Counted from the first letter of the stretch, positions 19,351-29,104 are shown. The stretch: DNA of 64,000 nucleotides from Nitrospinaceae bacterium (GCA_965223665.1 OZ245011.1:3552001-3616000); one strand, 5' to 3'. Program-made: numbers and translations. Notes: generated by a model not told the origin, from the letters alone.

Positions 19351-21724
19351 GAATAACCTCTAATGAATTTAACATTCGTCTTGCTTCCCTGTGATTTGAA
19401 TTTTGTTTTAAACACTTTTCAAACATTGATTTCTGTTCGTCTAGGGGGGATAAGCGCGCTCTTCGGAACCAAGCGGCTGCCGATAAGTGCCCTGGTTTTA
19501 ACTTATCGGTCAATTCGGTAAATATTTTTAGCGCCTCCTTGTTTTGGCCGTAACGTTCTAAAGCCGACCCTAGGGAGTACATTAAATTTTGATTTTCTAA
19601 ATCTTCTAAATAATAGTTTTGAAGAGATTCGTGTTCTGGGATGGTATCTGATTGCAATTGGGCTAATAAAATGCAAGCCTGATTACGAATACTAGAAAAA
19701 TTGGGACTGCTGGCTTCTTTTCGAATTTTTTCAAGAATCATTTGTCCCTGTAATCTATCTCCAATTTCTATTTTGGCTTTAGCTAAATAATAATATAAGT
19801 CCCAATTCTTTGTATTTTCTTTTAGTGCTATTTCAAAGTGGTTGGCAGCTTGATGAAAATTTTTGTTGGCTTGGAGAATTAGACCTTGGACAAAATGAGT
19901 GGTTGTATTGTAATTATATTTTTCAATTTCTTTTTGGATATAAAATTCTGCTTCTTCTAAATTTCCCAGTTTTATATATTGCTTGGCTATTAGGGCCAGG
20001 AGTCCAGGGGAATTGGGAGAGTTTTCCACTAAATCCTTAAAAATCCTGATTGATTGGTCGATTTCACCCGATTCAGATAAGAGTTCGGATAAAAATAATT
20101 TCCCTTCGATATCATATGGATTCAATCTTAACATTTTTTTGCACTCAGTTAGGGCTTTTTTTAGCCTTCCATTTTGGACGTCTAATGAGTTAAGGCCAAA
20201 AGGGTTAATGTTCCCTGTTAATTTTTCCATAAGCTGAAGCTTTTTATGACCGGGCAAATTTAAGGGGTTTGAAGTGGGTTGGTTAATAGAGCTTAAGCGA
20301 TAGATAGGATACCGTGTTAACCAAACTTTGATTAGCTTATAGTGTAATCCAGTTATTTCTTTTAAAACTTCAATATTCAAATTTTGATAATTTTGAATCA
20401 GAATTAGGGGTTGATGTTTTATTAAGCCCCCAATAAAAGTATCAAAAAAATTAGTTTGGACAATATGAGTCCAGGGCCCAGAACAAAAGTGAATAAATGC
20501 ATCACTAGATGGACAATCAGTGTAATGAAAAATTTGAATGAAGTTTCCCCAAACGCAGATTCTTTTTCCTTTTTGACCTTTGATTTGTAAATATTTTTTT
20601 AGAACTTTGCTTAAATAAGGAATGTAGATCATTTGCTGAAACTTTCCATATTGTGATAAAGATTTTGGGGACATGGGATGTTTATAATAGGGAAAGGATT
20701 TGCGTAAGGACAAAAATACAGTGATGATTCCAAATAAGAAAAATGCGATTTGCAAAGGTAATGGTAATTTTAGTATGGCATTTAAAATAGTTCCCGAACC
20801 AACTGATAATAAACTGATCAAGGGCAAGTAATGATAGCGAGAATTACTTTTTTGAAACCACAACATTGCAAATGTTGTAAAAATAATTCCAAATAAAAAA
20901 AGTAGATTTTCAGCCCATAGTGTTAACAATAAGGAGGGAATCCCTAAAATCCAAATTGGAAGGGTTTCTTTTGTGATTGTTTTTATATCTCCCTTAAAAC
21001 GATCCAAAGTTGGGTTTAAATTTGCACAATTTAAAGTTGAAATCATTCTTGTTTTCATTTGATTCAAGGAAGTCTTGTCAAAATATCCTAGAAATGCATC
21101 TAAAATTAGGGCAATTGTCATAGGGGCGATAGAAATGAGAGAAAAACTTAAGGCTTCGCTGACGCCCACCATAGAGGCAATAGAAATGAAAAATACTGGC
21201 ACGTAAATGAAGGTAGTAACCTTTGTAAATATGGTTAAACCAAGAAAAATGGCTGATAGTGAAAAGTAATTTGGACCTAACAAAAATGAAATAATTGATG
21301 CAAGTAAAAAAGGTAAATAACATTGCTCAAAATTTATTGAAGATGATTCTAAATTTGGTGAGGTTGCAAAAAATCCATAAAACATACCCGCTATTCCACT
21401 TGCCCAAACATTCTTTGTTAATAAAAAGGCTGTGAAATAAACTAAAACGGAAGTAACACCATGTTGACAGGCTAAAAATTTCCGGATTCTTTGAATTCCT
21501 TTTTCAGGAGAACTTTGATAAAAAAGATTAATTAGGATCATCCGCCATACGGGATGCAAGAATAAAAAAGCATCTTTTTTCCATTTTAATCCTTCTTTTT
21601 GAAATCGAGCAATATAAGTAAATGTTGCAAAATCTTCATCCATGGGGAGATCCAGGAAAGGAATTCGCGAAAGAATTGCTATTCCAAAAACAAAGATAGA
21701 AATTGACAGGAAAACTATATCCAT
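19337..21724 (-). CDS. GT-C fold (ArnT/PMT-like) membrane glycosyltransferase with C-terminal TPR region
   Basis: Acidic DED motif after the first TM helix, roughly 10-11 TM segments, then a soluble domain and TPRs. Confidence 0.7.
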   Translation of the reverse strand: MDIVFLSISIFVFGIAILSRIPFLDLPMDEDFATFTYIARFQKEGLKWKKDAFLFLHPVWRMILINLFYQSSPEKGIQRIRKFLACQHGVTSVLVYFTAFLLTKNVWASGIAGMFYGFFATSPNLESSSINFEQCYLPFLLASIISFLLGPNYFSLSAIFLGLTIFTKVTTFIYVPVFFISIASMVGVSEALSFSLISIAPMTIALILDAFLGYFDKTSLNQMKTRMISTLNCANLNPTLDRFKGDIKTITKETLPIWILGIPSLLLTLWAENLLFLFGIIFTTFAMLWFQKSNSRYHYLPLISLLSVGSGTILNAILKLPLPLQIAFFLFGIITVFLSLRKSFPYYKHPMSPKSLSQYGKFQQMIYIPYLSKVLKKYLQIKGQKGKRICVWGNFIQIFHYTDCPSSDAFIHFCSGPWTHIVQTNFFDTFIGGLIKHQPLILIQNYQNLNIEVLKEITGLHYKLIKVWLTRYPIYRLSSINQPTSNPLNLPGHKKLQLMEKLTGNINPFGLNSLDVQNGRLKKALTECKKMLRLNPYDIEGKLFLSELLSESGEIDQSIRIFKDLVENSPNSPGLLALIAKQYIKLGNLEEAEFYIQKEIEKYNYNTTTHFVQGLILQANKNFHQAANHFEIALKENTKNWDLYYYLAKAKIEIGDRLQGQMILEKIRKEASSPNFSSIRNQACILLAQLQSDTIPEHESLQNYYLEDLENQNLMYSLGSALERYGQNKEALKIFTELTDKLKPGHLSAAAWFRRARLSPLDEQKSMFEKCLKQNSNHREARRMLNSLEVIHAQT

Positions 21725-21793
21725 ATGAAAACTTAGGACCCGATGGGAAGTAGAGATTTTAGGATATGGGGATTGTGATCTCCCTTAATGGTA

Positions 21794-21823
21794 AATTCGG
21801 TTTTAAGCGATAATTTCTTTAGA
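21794..21823 (-). promoter_or_regulatory. Putative sigma28-like promoter for the GT-C/GT4 operon
   Basis: Minus strand TCTAAAG-N15-ACCGAATT, 69 nt upstream of the ATG at 21724. Confidence 0.4.
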
Positions 21824-22001
21824 TCACAGCTAAATGGGTATTTTTATTAAAAAAGAGCCCTGTACTTAATAGGTCGGTTCAAAAGCGTTGAAAGTTTGTA
21901 TAATAGAAACCCTAGAGTGTCTTTAGATTTAGTTTCTAATTATTAATTTAAGGAACCCTTGCTAAAAAGAAAAGTAAAAATTAGAAAAGGAGAGGTTTTT
22001 C

Positions 22002-23097
22002 ATGCTGGATGAATTTAAGAAGAATTTAAGTGACTTATCTCAGAGGATTGAACGGATTAGGGGGTTTCTTTGAAGTTGATAAAAAACAAAAAGAAATTGA
22101 AGCATTAGACCAAACAGTTTCAGGGGCTGATTTTTGGAATGATAATGAAGCGGCACAAAAAACCCTCCAAAAAAGAGCCTCATTGCAACGAAGTATTAAG
22201 CTTTGGAAAGATTTAGAAAAAGAAAGTGGAGATTTAGAGGCTTTGTTGATGTTAATTGAAGAGGAAAAGGACGATTCTCTTCTGGCAGAATGTGAGTCTT
22301 CACTACAGGCATTAGAAAAAAACCTTTCAGAAGTTGAACTCAAAGCAATGTTGTCTGGAGAAAATGATTCCAACAATGCGCTTTTAGCAATTAATGCTGG
22401 AGCCGGAGGTACTGAATCTCAAGATTGGGCAGATATGTTGTTACGCATGTACACTCGCTGGGGAGATCGTCAGGGATATAAATTTGAAATTTTGGATATG
22501 CAATATGGGGAAGAAGCAGGAATTAAAAGCGCACTGATTAACTTTGTTGGTGACTATGCTTACGGGTATCTAAAAGCCGAAAGTGGGGTTCACCGATTGG
22601 TTCGAATTTCTCCATTCGATGCGAATAAAAGGCGCCATACATCGTTTGCTTCTGTCTTTGTTTACCCGGAAATTGAAGAAGATATAGATGTAGATGTCAA
22701 AGAAGATGAATTAAGGATTGATGTATACCGTGCTTCAGGTCCGGGAGGGCAGGGGGTAAATACCACCGATTCAGCTGTGCGTATTACACATATCCCTACT
22801 GGAATTGTTGTGCAGTGTCAAAATGAGCGATCCCAGCACAAAAATAAATCCTCTTGCATGAAAGTATTAAAATCCCGGTTGCATGAGATTGAAAGGGAAA
22901 AAAAGGACGAGGAGCGAAAGTCCAAGGAGCAAGAAAAGAAAAAAATTGAGTGGGGCAGTCAAATTAGATCTTATGTTCTTCATCCATACAGAATGGTTAA
23001 AGATTTAAGGACCCAGGTGGAAAGTGGAAATGTAGATGCTGTTTTAGACGGTGATTTACAGAAATTTATTGAAGCCTATCTTTTAAAAGAAAATTAA
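22002..23097 (+). CDS. prfB: Peptide chain release factor 2, expressed via programmed +1 frameshift (about 364 aa)
   Basis: ATG at 22002 behind AAGGAGAGG; 23 codons to AGG GGG TTT CTT TGA; the +1 frame continues with the SPF and GGQ motifs. The ORF-track start at 22030 is an artefact. Confidence 0.96.
22059..22074 (+). promoter_or_regulatory. prfB +1 frameshift cassette (internal SD plus slippery CTT TGA)
   Basis: AGGGGG-TTT-CTT-TGA-A. Confidence 0.93.
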
Positions 23098-23129
23098 AAA
23101 AACATATCATTCAACTTAGTTCGAATAAC

Positions 23130-24140
23130 ATGAAAACTATTTTACATCCTTCTTTAGTTAATGATCCTTTAGGTGACCCAGGTCTTTTTGTGGATTTTCT
23201 CTATGAAAAAAGGGCTTTCTTATTTGATATGGGAGATTTGGCTGCTTTGACAAATGCACAACTTTTAAAAGTGAGTCATGTTTTTATAAGTCACACTCAT
23301 ATTGACCACTTTATTGGTTTTGACAGGTTCTTGCGGGTTGTGTTTGGTCGTGAAAAAACAATCCGCCTATATGGACCCAAAAATTTCATTAATAATGTCG
23401 AAGGAAAATTGGCTGGATTTACCTGGAATTTGGTCGAGAGGTACGATGAGTCCATTTCTCTATTGGTTACAGAAGTAAATGAAGATAGTAAAATTACAGC
23501 TACTTTTCGAGCAATTGATAGATTTAAAAGAACGAATGAATTTGAGGAATCTTTTGATGATGGACTTTTGTTTGAAGAACCCTCGTTGAAGGTTCATTGT
23601 GCCATTCTTCAACATAGAGTTCCATGCCTCGGGTTTTCCATTAATGAGAATTTCCATATAAATATTAATAAGGAAGAATTGTTGGCAAACGGTTGGCCTC
23701 CGGGGCCTTGGTTAGATGAGTTAAAGCGATGTGTTTTTGAAGAAGTCGAAAATGACCAATTGATTTCTGTTCCAGTAGAGCAAAATGAAAATCAATCCTT
23801 TCAGAAGATTTCTATGGGTAAATTAAAAGAAAAATTAATTACTATCACCCGTGGACAAAAAATCGCTTATATTGTGGACACCGTTTATACTGAAGAGAAC
23901 AATCGAAAGATTGTTGCTTTGATAAAGGGTGCGGATATTTTATTTTGTGAATCTCCGTTTATTGCTGAAGAAACAGAGCGTGCTCGAGACCGGTGCCACC
24001 TTACAACTGAACAGGCCGGTAACCTGGCCCGAATGGCAGGTGTCGGTCAACTCAAGATATTTCATTTTTCATCTCGGCATTCTCACCAAACTGAACGGCT
24101 TTATCAAGAAGCCGAGGCAGCCTTTCGAAATCAAGACTAA
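23130..24140 (+). CDS. Ribonuclease Z-like metallo-beta-lactamase-fold hydrolase
   Basis: SHTHIDH (HxHxDH), H.VPCLG, PPGPW, VDT, HLT and FHFS.R. Confidence 0.8.
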   Translation: MKTILHPSLVNDPLGDPGLFVDFLYEKRAFLFDMGDLAALTNAQLLKVSHVFISHTHIDHFIGFDRFLRVVFGREKTIRLYGPKNFINNVEGKLAGFTWNLVERYDESISLLVTEVNEDSKITATFRAIDRFKRTNEFEESFDDGLLFEEPSLKVHCAILQHRVPCLGFSINENFHININKEELLANGWPPGPWLDELKRCVFEEVENDQLISVPVEQNENQSFQKISMGKLKEKLITITRGQKIAYIVDTVYTEENNRKIVALIKGADILFCESPFIAEETERARDRCHLTTEQAGNLARMAGVGQLKIFHFSSRHSHQTERLYQEAEAAFRNQD

Positions 24141-24170
24141 TTAGTCCTAATTTAGACTCTAAATACTTAA

Positions 24171-25682
24171 ATGTTGATTTTTGATATTTGCCTTCATATT
24201 TTTTGGGCATATGGATTAATTTCGATATTAAAGGTGATCCCTACCTATGGCGAAAGATTGGGATTATCTTTTCTTTTTGCATTTGCTTTAAAAAGTATTG
24301 AGATATTCTTTCTCCTTATTTTGGGTTTAAAATTAAATCCTATAAATCAATTCTTGGTGGTGTGGGTTGGTTTAGGGTTTACTTTAATAGTCTATTTAAA
24401 AATTAGTAATAATTGGCGAAAATCAAATAATTATTTTTTGCAGCGGTATGCCTTAAGATATCTATTAATCACGATACTAATTTTAGGAGTATTAACCTTC
24501 TACAGTATAAAAAACGCTCTTTTCTTCCCTATCACGGAACCAGATGGAATTTGGTATCAACTTCGGGGAATTGTTTATTTTTACGAATCAGATTTTAATA
24601 GTAGTTTGATTAATCCACAATACAGAGCTTATCCTCCATTTTTATCATTGATTTATGTTTGGATATTATCTTTTAAGGGTCAACAATTCACATGGTTATT
24701 CCCGATCTTTTATTTGTTGCTCCTAATAATATTTTTTTACAGGGTAAGGGCAAGCAGTTCAAATTTTAAGTTAGCAAGTGTTTTGGTACTCGTATTAGGA
24801 ACTACACCATACTTTTGGTGGCATAGTGTCCAGCCTGTTTTGAATTTAATTGCGGGGACTTTTTATGCTTTAGGACTGGTCTATTTTTTTGAATTGGTAG
24901 AGGCATGCTTTGGTGAATACTCTTTCAATTTGAAAAAAAATAATTTTGCGATAATTAGTGGAATTTGTTTTGGAATGTCTGCATGGACTAGACCGGAGTT
25001 TATTTTGTATTCAGCATTACCTATGGCCATTTTGATTTATTTAGTAACCCAATCAAAGAATTTTTTACAAAAAGAAAGATCTGAAATACTCCCAAAATTT
25101 ATGGTTCCCGGTTTAGGAATTCCTTCAATCTGGTATTTATGGATGAACGCCTTTATAGAAGAAATTCCCTTTTCTTCGCTGGGAATGTCAATTTTGTGTT
25201 TATCAATGTGGTTTTTGTTTGTTGCTGCCTTATTAAATTTAGTTCCTAAATCAAAAAATTTTTGGTTAGGGGGGATTGTATTTTCAGGATTTAGTTTTTT
25301 TGTTGCTTTATGGTTTCCTTCAAAAACTGAATTGACTCCATTTTCAGCATTAGGGATGGGAATTTTCAGAACAATTGGCTTTCAAATATTTTTTATGTTC
25401 ACAAGTGGGCTATTGGCTTTAATATTCATCCAAAAGTGGAGTGAATTAAGTATTTCAGTAAAAATGTTTTGCTGGCTTCTGCTTGGATATATAACCCTTC
25501 ACTTTGTCCTTTATACCTTGTTGCCAATGAGATCAGGAACAGTTGTTCAATACTTTGACAACCCTTTTATTTCACTTGGAGATGCTGTCAATAGTCCGGA
25601 TACCCGTGAACTATTGGCCATTTATCCTGCTTTTCTTTTTTTAATCAGCTTATTTCCCAGTGTGCGAAGGTCTTTTAAATGA
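24171..25682 (+). CDS. Polytopic membrane protein, probable GT-C fold glycosyltransferase
   Basis: Many TM helices; P...PDG.W and YPP loop motifs and AWTRPE are typical of GT-C-like proteins. Confidence 0.55.
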   Translation: MLIFDICLHIFWAYGLISILKVIPTYGERLGLSFLFAFALKSIEIFFLLILGLKLNPINQFLVVWVGLGFTLIVYLKISNNWRKSNNYFLQRYALRYLLITILILGVLTFYSIKNALFFPITEPDGIWYQLRGIVYFYESDFNSSLINPQYRAYPPFLSLIYVWILSFKGQQFTWLFPIFYLLLLIIFFYRVRASSSNFKLASVLVLVLGTTPYFWWHSVQPVLNLIAGTFYALGLVYFFELVEACFGEYSFNLKKNNFAIISGICFGMSAWTRPEFILYSALPMAILIYLVTQSKNFLQKERSEILPKFMVPGLGIPSIWYLWMNAFIEEIPFSSLGMSILCLSMWFLFVAALLNLVPKSKNFWLGGIVFSGFSFFVALWFPSKTELTPFSALGMGIFRTIGFQIFFMFTSGLLALIFIQKWSELSISVKMFCWLLLGYITLHFVLYTLLPMRSGTVVQYFDNPFISLGDAVNSPDTRELLAIYPAFLFLISLFPSVRRSFK

Positions 25683-26152
25683 TTCAATTGAACAAGGTCA
25701 CGGCTTATATGGGAATTGTGATTTTATTCAATTTAGTGGTGCTCTATACAATGTTTTTAAAACCAAGAGATGAATATATGAAAACACATTCCAATTGGAG
25801 TGAACGGGAAATTAAAGAAGATTCCGGAACGAGTGATCTCCCAAACATATTTGTTAATGATTATCAATTGGCCTACAAAATTAAAGATTGGACTCCCGAA
25901 AATTCCATTATTTGGATTGAGTCAAAAGAAAAAAAACCAATCAATAAATCAGTGGCAGGACAAGTTCTTTATCCGAGAAAAATAGTTTGGAACAATAAAA
26001 ATTTTTCAAATAACTATAAAAAACAAAAACATGCTCAAAGCAGAAACTATCTTATTTCTCATAAAATTTATATGCAAAAATGTAATCCTGAATTTAAAAT
26101 TAGGTACTTAAAAAATGAGTGGATACTCTGTGAAATTCCATATTTACAATAA
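25679..26152 (+). CDS. Membrane-anchored hypothetical protein coupled to the upstream GT-C gene
   Basis: ATGA overlap; N-terminal TM; IKDWTPENSIIW resembles C-terminal soluble domains of GT-C enzymes. Confidence 0.6.
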   Translation: MIQLNKVTAYMGIVILFNLVVLYTMFLKPRDEYMKTHSNWSEREIKEDSGTSDLPNIFVNDYQLAYKIKDWTPENSIIWIESKEKKPINKSVAGQVLYPRKIVWNNKNFSNNYKKQKHAQSRNYLISHKIYMQKCNPEFKIRYLKNEWILCEIPYLQ

Positions 26153-27282
26153 GGATTTGTAAAGGTCTATGTATTGATCAATGATAGGTCCCCATCCAAA
26201 ATTTTGGCGAACCCGTTCGCGAAGCCTTGATCCAAAATCCAATCGAGTGTGTTTATCATTCAATTTCATTATTCGATCACAAATAGCATGGGGATCAGCC
26301 GGAATGGTATATCCAGTTTCCCCGGAAGTGACTAGTTCCAAAGCTACACCTACGGGAGTTGAAATGATGGGCAACCCATAAGCAGCGGCTTCTAGAAGAG
26401 GTTGTCCAAAATTTTCATAGGTCGAGGGGTAAACAAATACATCCGCATTTTTGTAATAACTCTGCATTTCTTCTCTTGATTTTTTCCCAGCAAAGACCAC
26501 ATTACTTTCAATGCCTGATTTCTGAACCAGACGGATTAATTCCATCATATAACCTTTTTTAGATGTACTGGAAGTAGTTTCCTCTCCGCCTACTATGGTT
26601 AATATAAAGGGTAGGGTCAATTTGCAAACAGCTCTTAGGATTAATTCGACACGTCGGACTCTAGCAATTCGTCCAGCAAATAATATTCGTAGAGGTCCAT
26701 CATGATTAAACTGCTTTTCCAGGGAATGGTTTGAAACATCTATACCCATAGGAATGATTCGGATTTTATGTTTGTTCACTCCAAATTCAACCGCATCCTC
26801 ATATTCCGCTTTGGATGAAACAACAATCGCATGGGCTTTTTTAACAGAGCGTCGCATAGTAAGGATATCGTAAAGTTTATAGGGAATTTGCGGCCATCCT
26901 GAAGGTAAATAACGCTTGTATCCTAGTAAAGAGCCATGAGAATTTAAAACTAAAGGTTTATTTTTTAAATGGGCAAAAAAAAAGCGTAGTCAGTTTGAAA
27001 GTTCCGATAATTATGACAGTGCATTATTTCGTAACGTCGGAGTTGGAAGAACATAGATAAACTGATGGCATAACGCATGATACGAAATTGAATCGGGACT
27101 CGTTTTATTGAAACAGGACCAATCATCTCTTTTTTGGGAAGAGATTTATCTACATCAAGATAAGTAGTAACAACCGGTGATGAAATTCCACGCAGCTCTA
27201 AATGTTTCGAGATTTCGTATGCCTGGTTGGATGGTCCGGTAATATTCGGTAAAAAAGTTTCAATTGTTCTTAATATTCTCAA
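26144..27282 (-). pseudogene. GT4 glycosyltransferase frameshifted in a T9 tract (phase-variable, slippage-rescued or a sequence error)
   Basis: ORFs 26965-27282 and 26144-26857 join into one 379-aa GT4 if one T is added to the run at 26975-26983. C-terminal EX7E motif is ENFGQPLLE. Confidence 0.85.
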
Positions 27283-27676
27283 GAGGCTTTATTTTGGTAG
27301 GAGTTTTTGGTAGATCCCTTGATTGGGTTTTTTGTTTAAATTCTGATTTTTGATGGTACAGGATTCCTATATGTTGGGTCAAGGATCGAACCTGATTCGT
27401 TAAAGAAGAAATTCGAATTGAAAAATGAAGGCAAATCACAACAAGAAACAATAAACCGAAGAAAAATAAAGTGGAAGTGGGTAAAGTGGCTCCAACGATA
27501 CTTGAAATCCCTTGTAGTATTTCGTCAGAAATGGATAGGGTTAACATAAGAACCCCTGTGATCAGCCAAGTAAATGAGTATTCTTCATTAAGATACCGTC
27601 TTCGAACCAATTCAAAAACATAGGCAACTAGAAATATACAGATTAAAATTGAAATGATTTGAATTTTTGGAGGCAT
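27260..27676 (-). CDS. DUF2304 family membrane protein
   Basis: ELVRRR.L.EEYS..W, three TM helices and SIRISSL..QVR.LTQ.I; lies directly downstream of a GT2. Confidence 0.85.
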   Translation of the reverse strand: MPPKIQIISILICIFLVAYVFELVRRRYLNEEYSFTWLITGVLMLTLSISDEILQGISSIVGATLPTSTLFFFGLLFLVVICLHFSIRISSLTNQVRSLTQHIGILYHQKSEFKQKTQSRDLPKTPTKIKPLENIKNN

Positions 27677-27678
27677 AC

Positions 27679-28506
27679 TTAAAAGCTTTTGGGTTTTTGT
27701 CGAAGTAACGTTATGAATATTGATAAAAACATTTTAAAAATGTAATACATTGGTTTGGAACCATTGTGCATAGATTTATGCTTAGGACCCGAGTGCATTT
27801 TCACCGGTACCTCTTGTATACGAAAACCACATTTATGCAAAAGGATAATGAAATCTGCGTCAGGATAATCTGGTGGATACCAATCGCTTGCTACGAATCG
27901 AATAGCATCATTTTTTAAAACTTGATAACCGGAAGTAGGGTCAGTAATTTTTTGCCTTATTATTATTGAGGCTAAAAGAGCAAAGAATTTTATTCCAAGC
28001 CTCCGAGGAAGCGAAGGTTTGTAACTTTCATTAGTCAAAAATCTGGACCCAATTACAACGTCTATGGGGTTATTAATAATTTCTTTAAGTAAATACTTAA
28101 TACTTTTAGGGTCATGTTGGCCGTCTGCGTCCATTTGAACAACCAGATTGTAATCATTGTTCATTGCATATCGAAAACCGGTTTGAATAGCCACCCCATA
28201 ACCGCAGTTGAATGGTAAGGAAATCACTTTTGCGCCTAATTTTTTTGCAGTTTTCACGGTAGTATCTTGCGAACCATCGTCAACAACTAGAATGGGAAAA
28301 CCTGGAGCTTCCTTCTGAATTCCCCTAATTACCTTATCTAAATATAATCCTTCGTTATAAGCCGGTAATAAAATTAGTGGTTTATAAGGGCGTTTTTCAG
28401 GTAATTTGGATGAAGAATGATTTATATTTTTTTTAATGGGGTTTCCCATTAAGTCTTTTTTTTGAACCGAGGGAGTGCTCATTGACTTTGAAATCTTTGC
28501 CTCCAA
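27679..28506 (-). CDS. Family 2 glycosyltransferase, polyprenol-phosphate glycosyltransferase type (true start probably downstream of the TTG)
   Basis: LPAYNE, VVDDGS.D.T, N.GYG.A.QTG, QMDADGQH, VIGSRF and DPTSG. Confidence 0.88.
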   Translation of the reverse strand: MEAKISKSMSTPSVQKKDLMGNPIKKNINHSSSKLPEKRPYKPLILLPAYNEGLYLDKVIRGIQKEAPGFPILVVDDGSQDTTVKTAKKLGAKVISLPFNCGYGVAIQTGFRYAMNNDYNLVVQMDADGQHDPKSIKYLLKEIINNPIDVVIGSRFLTNESYKPSLPRRLGIKFFALLASIIIRQKITDPTSGYQVLKNDAIRFVASDWYPPDYPDADFIILLHKCGFRIQEVPVKMHSGPKHKSMHNGSKPMYYIFKMFLSIFITLLRQKPKSF

Positions 28507-28666
28507 ACTTATTTAAAGCTTTTGTTTTTATTGAGATAGCCCTGAAAAACCCTGACTATACCAACGGCTGTTTTCATAAAAAACTTGAACATTCAAAGGA
28601 GTTTTATTTTTTTGGGCGGATGAAGGGAGAGCAAATTTAAAATGATTTCTATTATAAAAAAATCAT

Positions 28667-29038
28667 TCATTTTTTAAATTCAAAATTTTTTAAGTTTACC
28701 GAACGCCCCAATCGTTTGGAGCAGTTTTTCATTATTTGCTGGACTCCATTGGGTTCTTTTTTTATAAAAGTTATTAAATGATTTTTATCAAATATTCTCA
28801 CTTTACTAGTTTCCAAGGCTTTTACGGAAGCGATTCGTGGTCTTCCAAATAAAAGCCCAATTTCTCCAAAATAATCATTGGTTTTTAAAACGTTCAAAAC
28901 TTCTTTATTCCCATTCTTTGTCAATCGGTAGACTTCAAATTGGCCTTTTTCAATGAAAAACGCGAAGTCACTGTGGCGTCCTTCATGAATAATAACTTGC
29001 CCGGAGGCTATAAATTGTAATCCAACACACACACTCAT
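28667..29038 (-). CDS. Stand-alone cyclic-nucleotide-binding domain protein
   Basis: II.EG, F.IEKG..EV and the phosphate-binding cassette FGEIGLL..PRIAS. Confidence 0.85.
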   Translation of the reverse strand: MSVCVGLQFIASGQVIIHEGRHSDFAFFIEKGQFEVYRLTKNGNKEVLNVLKTNDYFGEIGLLFGRPRIASVKALETSKVRIFDKNHLITFIKKEPNGVQQIMKNCSKRLGRSVNLKNFEFKK

Positions 29039-29087
29039 AATGCAGAGCCTTTTTAAAAATTAAGATTTTGGGTTTACCTTTTTTGGG

Positions 29088-29104
29088 TGCAAAAAGTTTT
29101 CCAA
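29088..29104 (-). promoter_or_regulatory. Putative sigma54 -24/-12 promoter for the cNMP-binding gene
   Basis: Minus strand TTGGAAAACTTTTTGCA (GG-N10-GC), about 50 nt upstream of the ATG. Confidence 0.45.

Noticed and set aside
22030-22071. ORF-track N-terminus of RF2 (GTG 22030)
   Set aside because: Artefact of the +1 frameshift; the real start is ATG 22002 with a strong SD.
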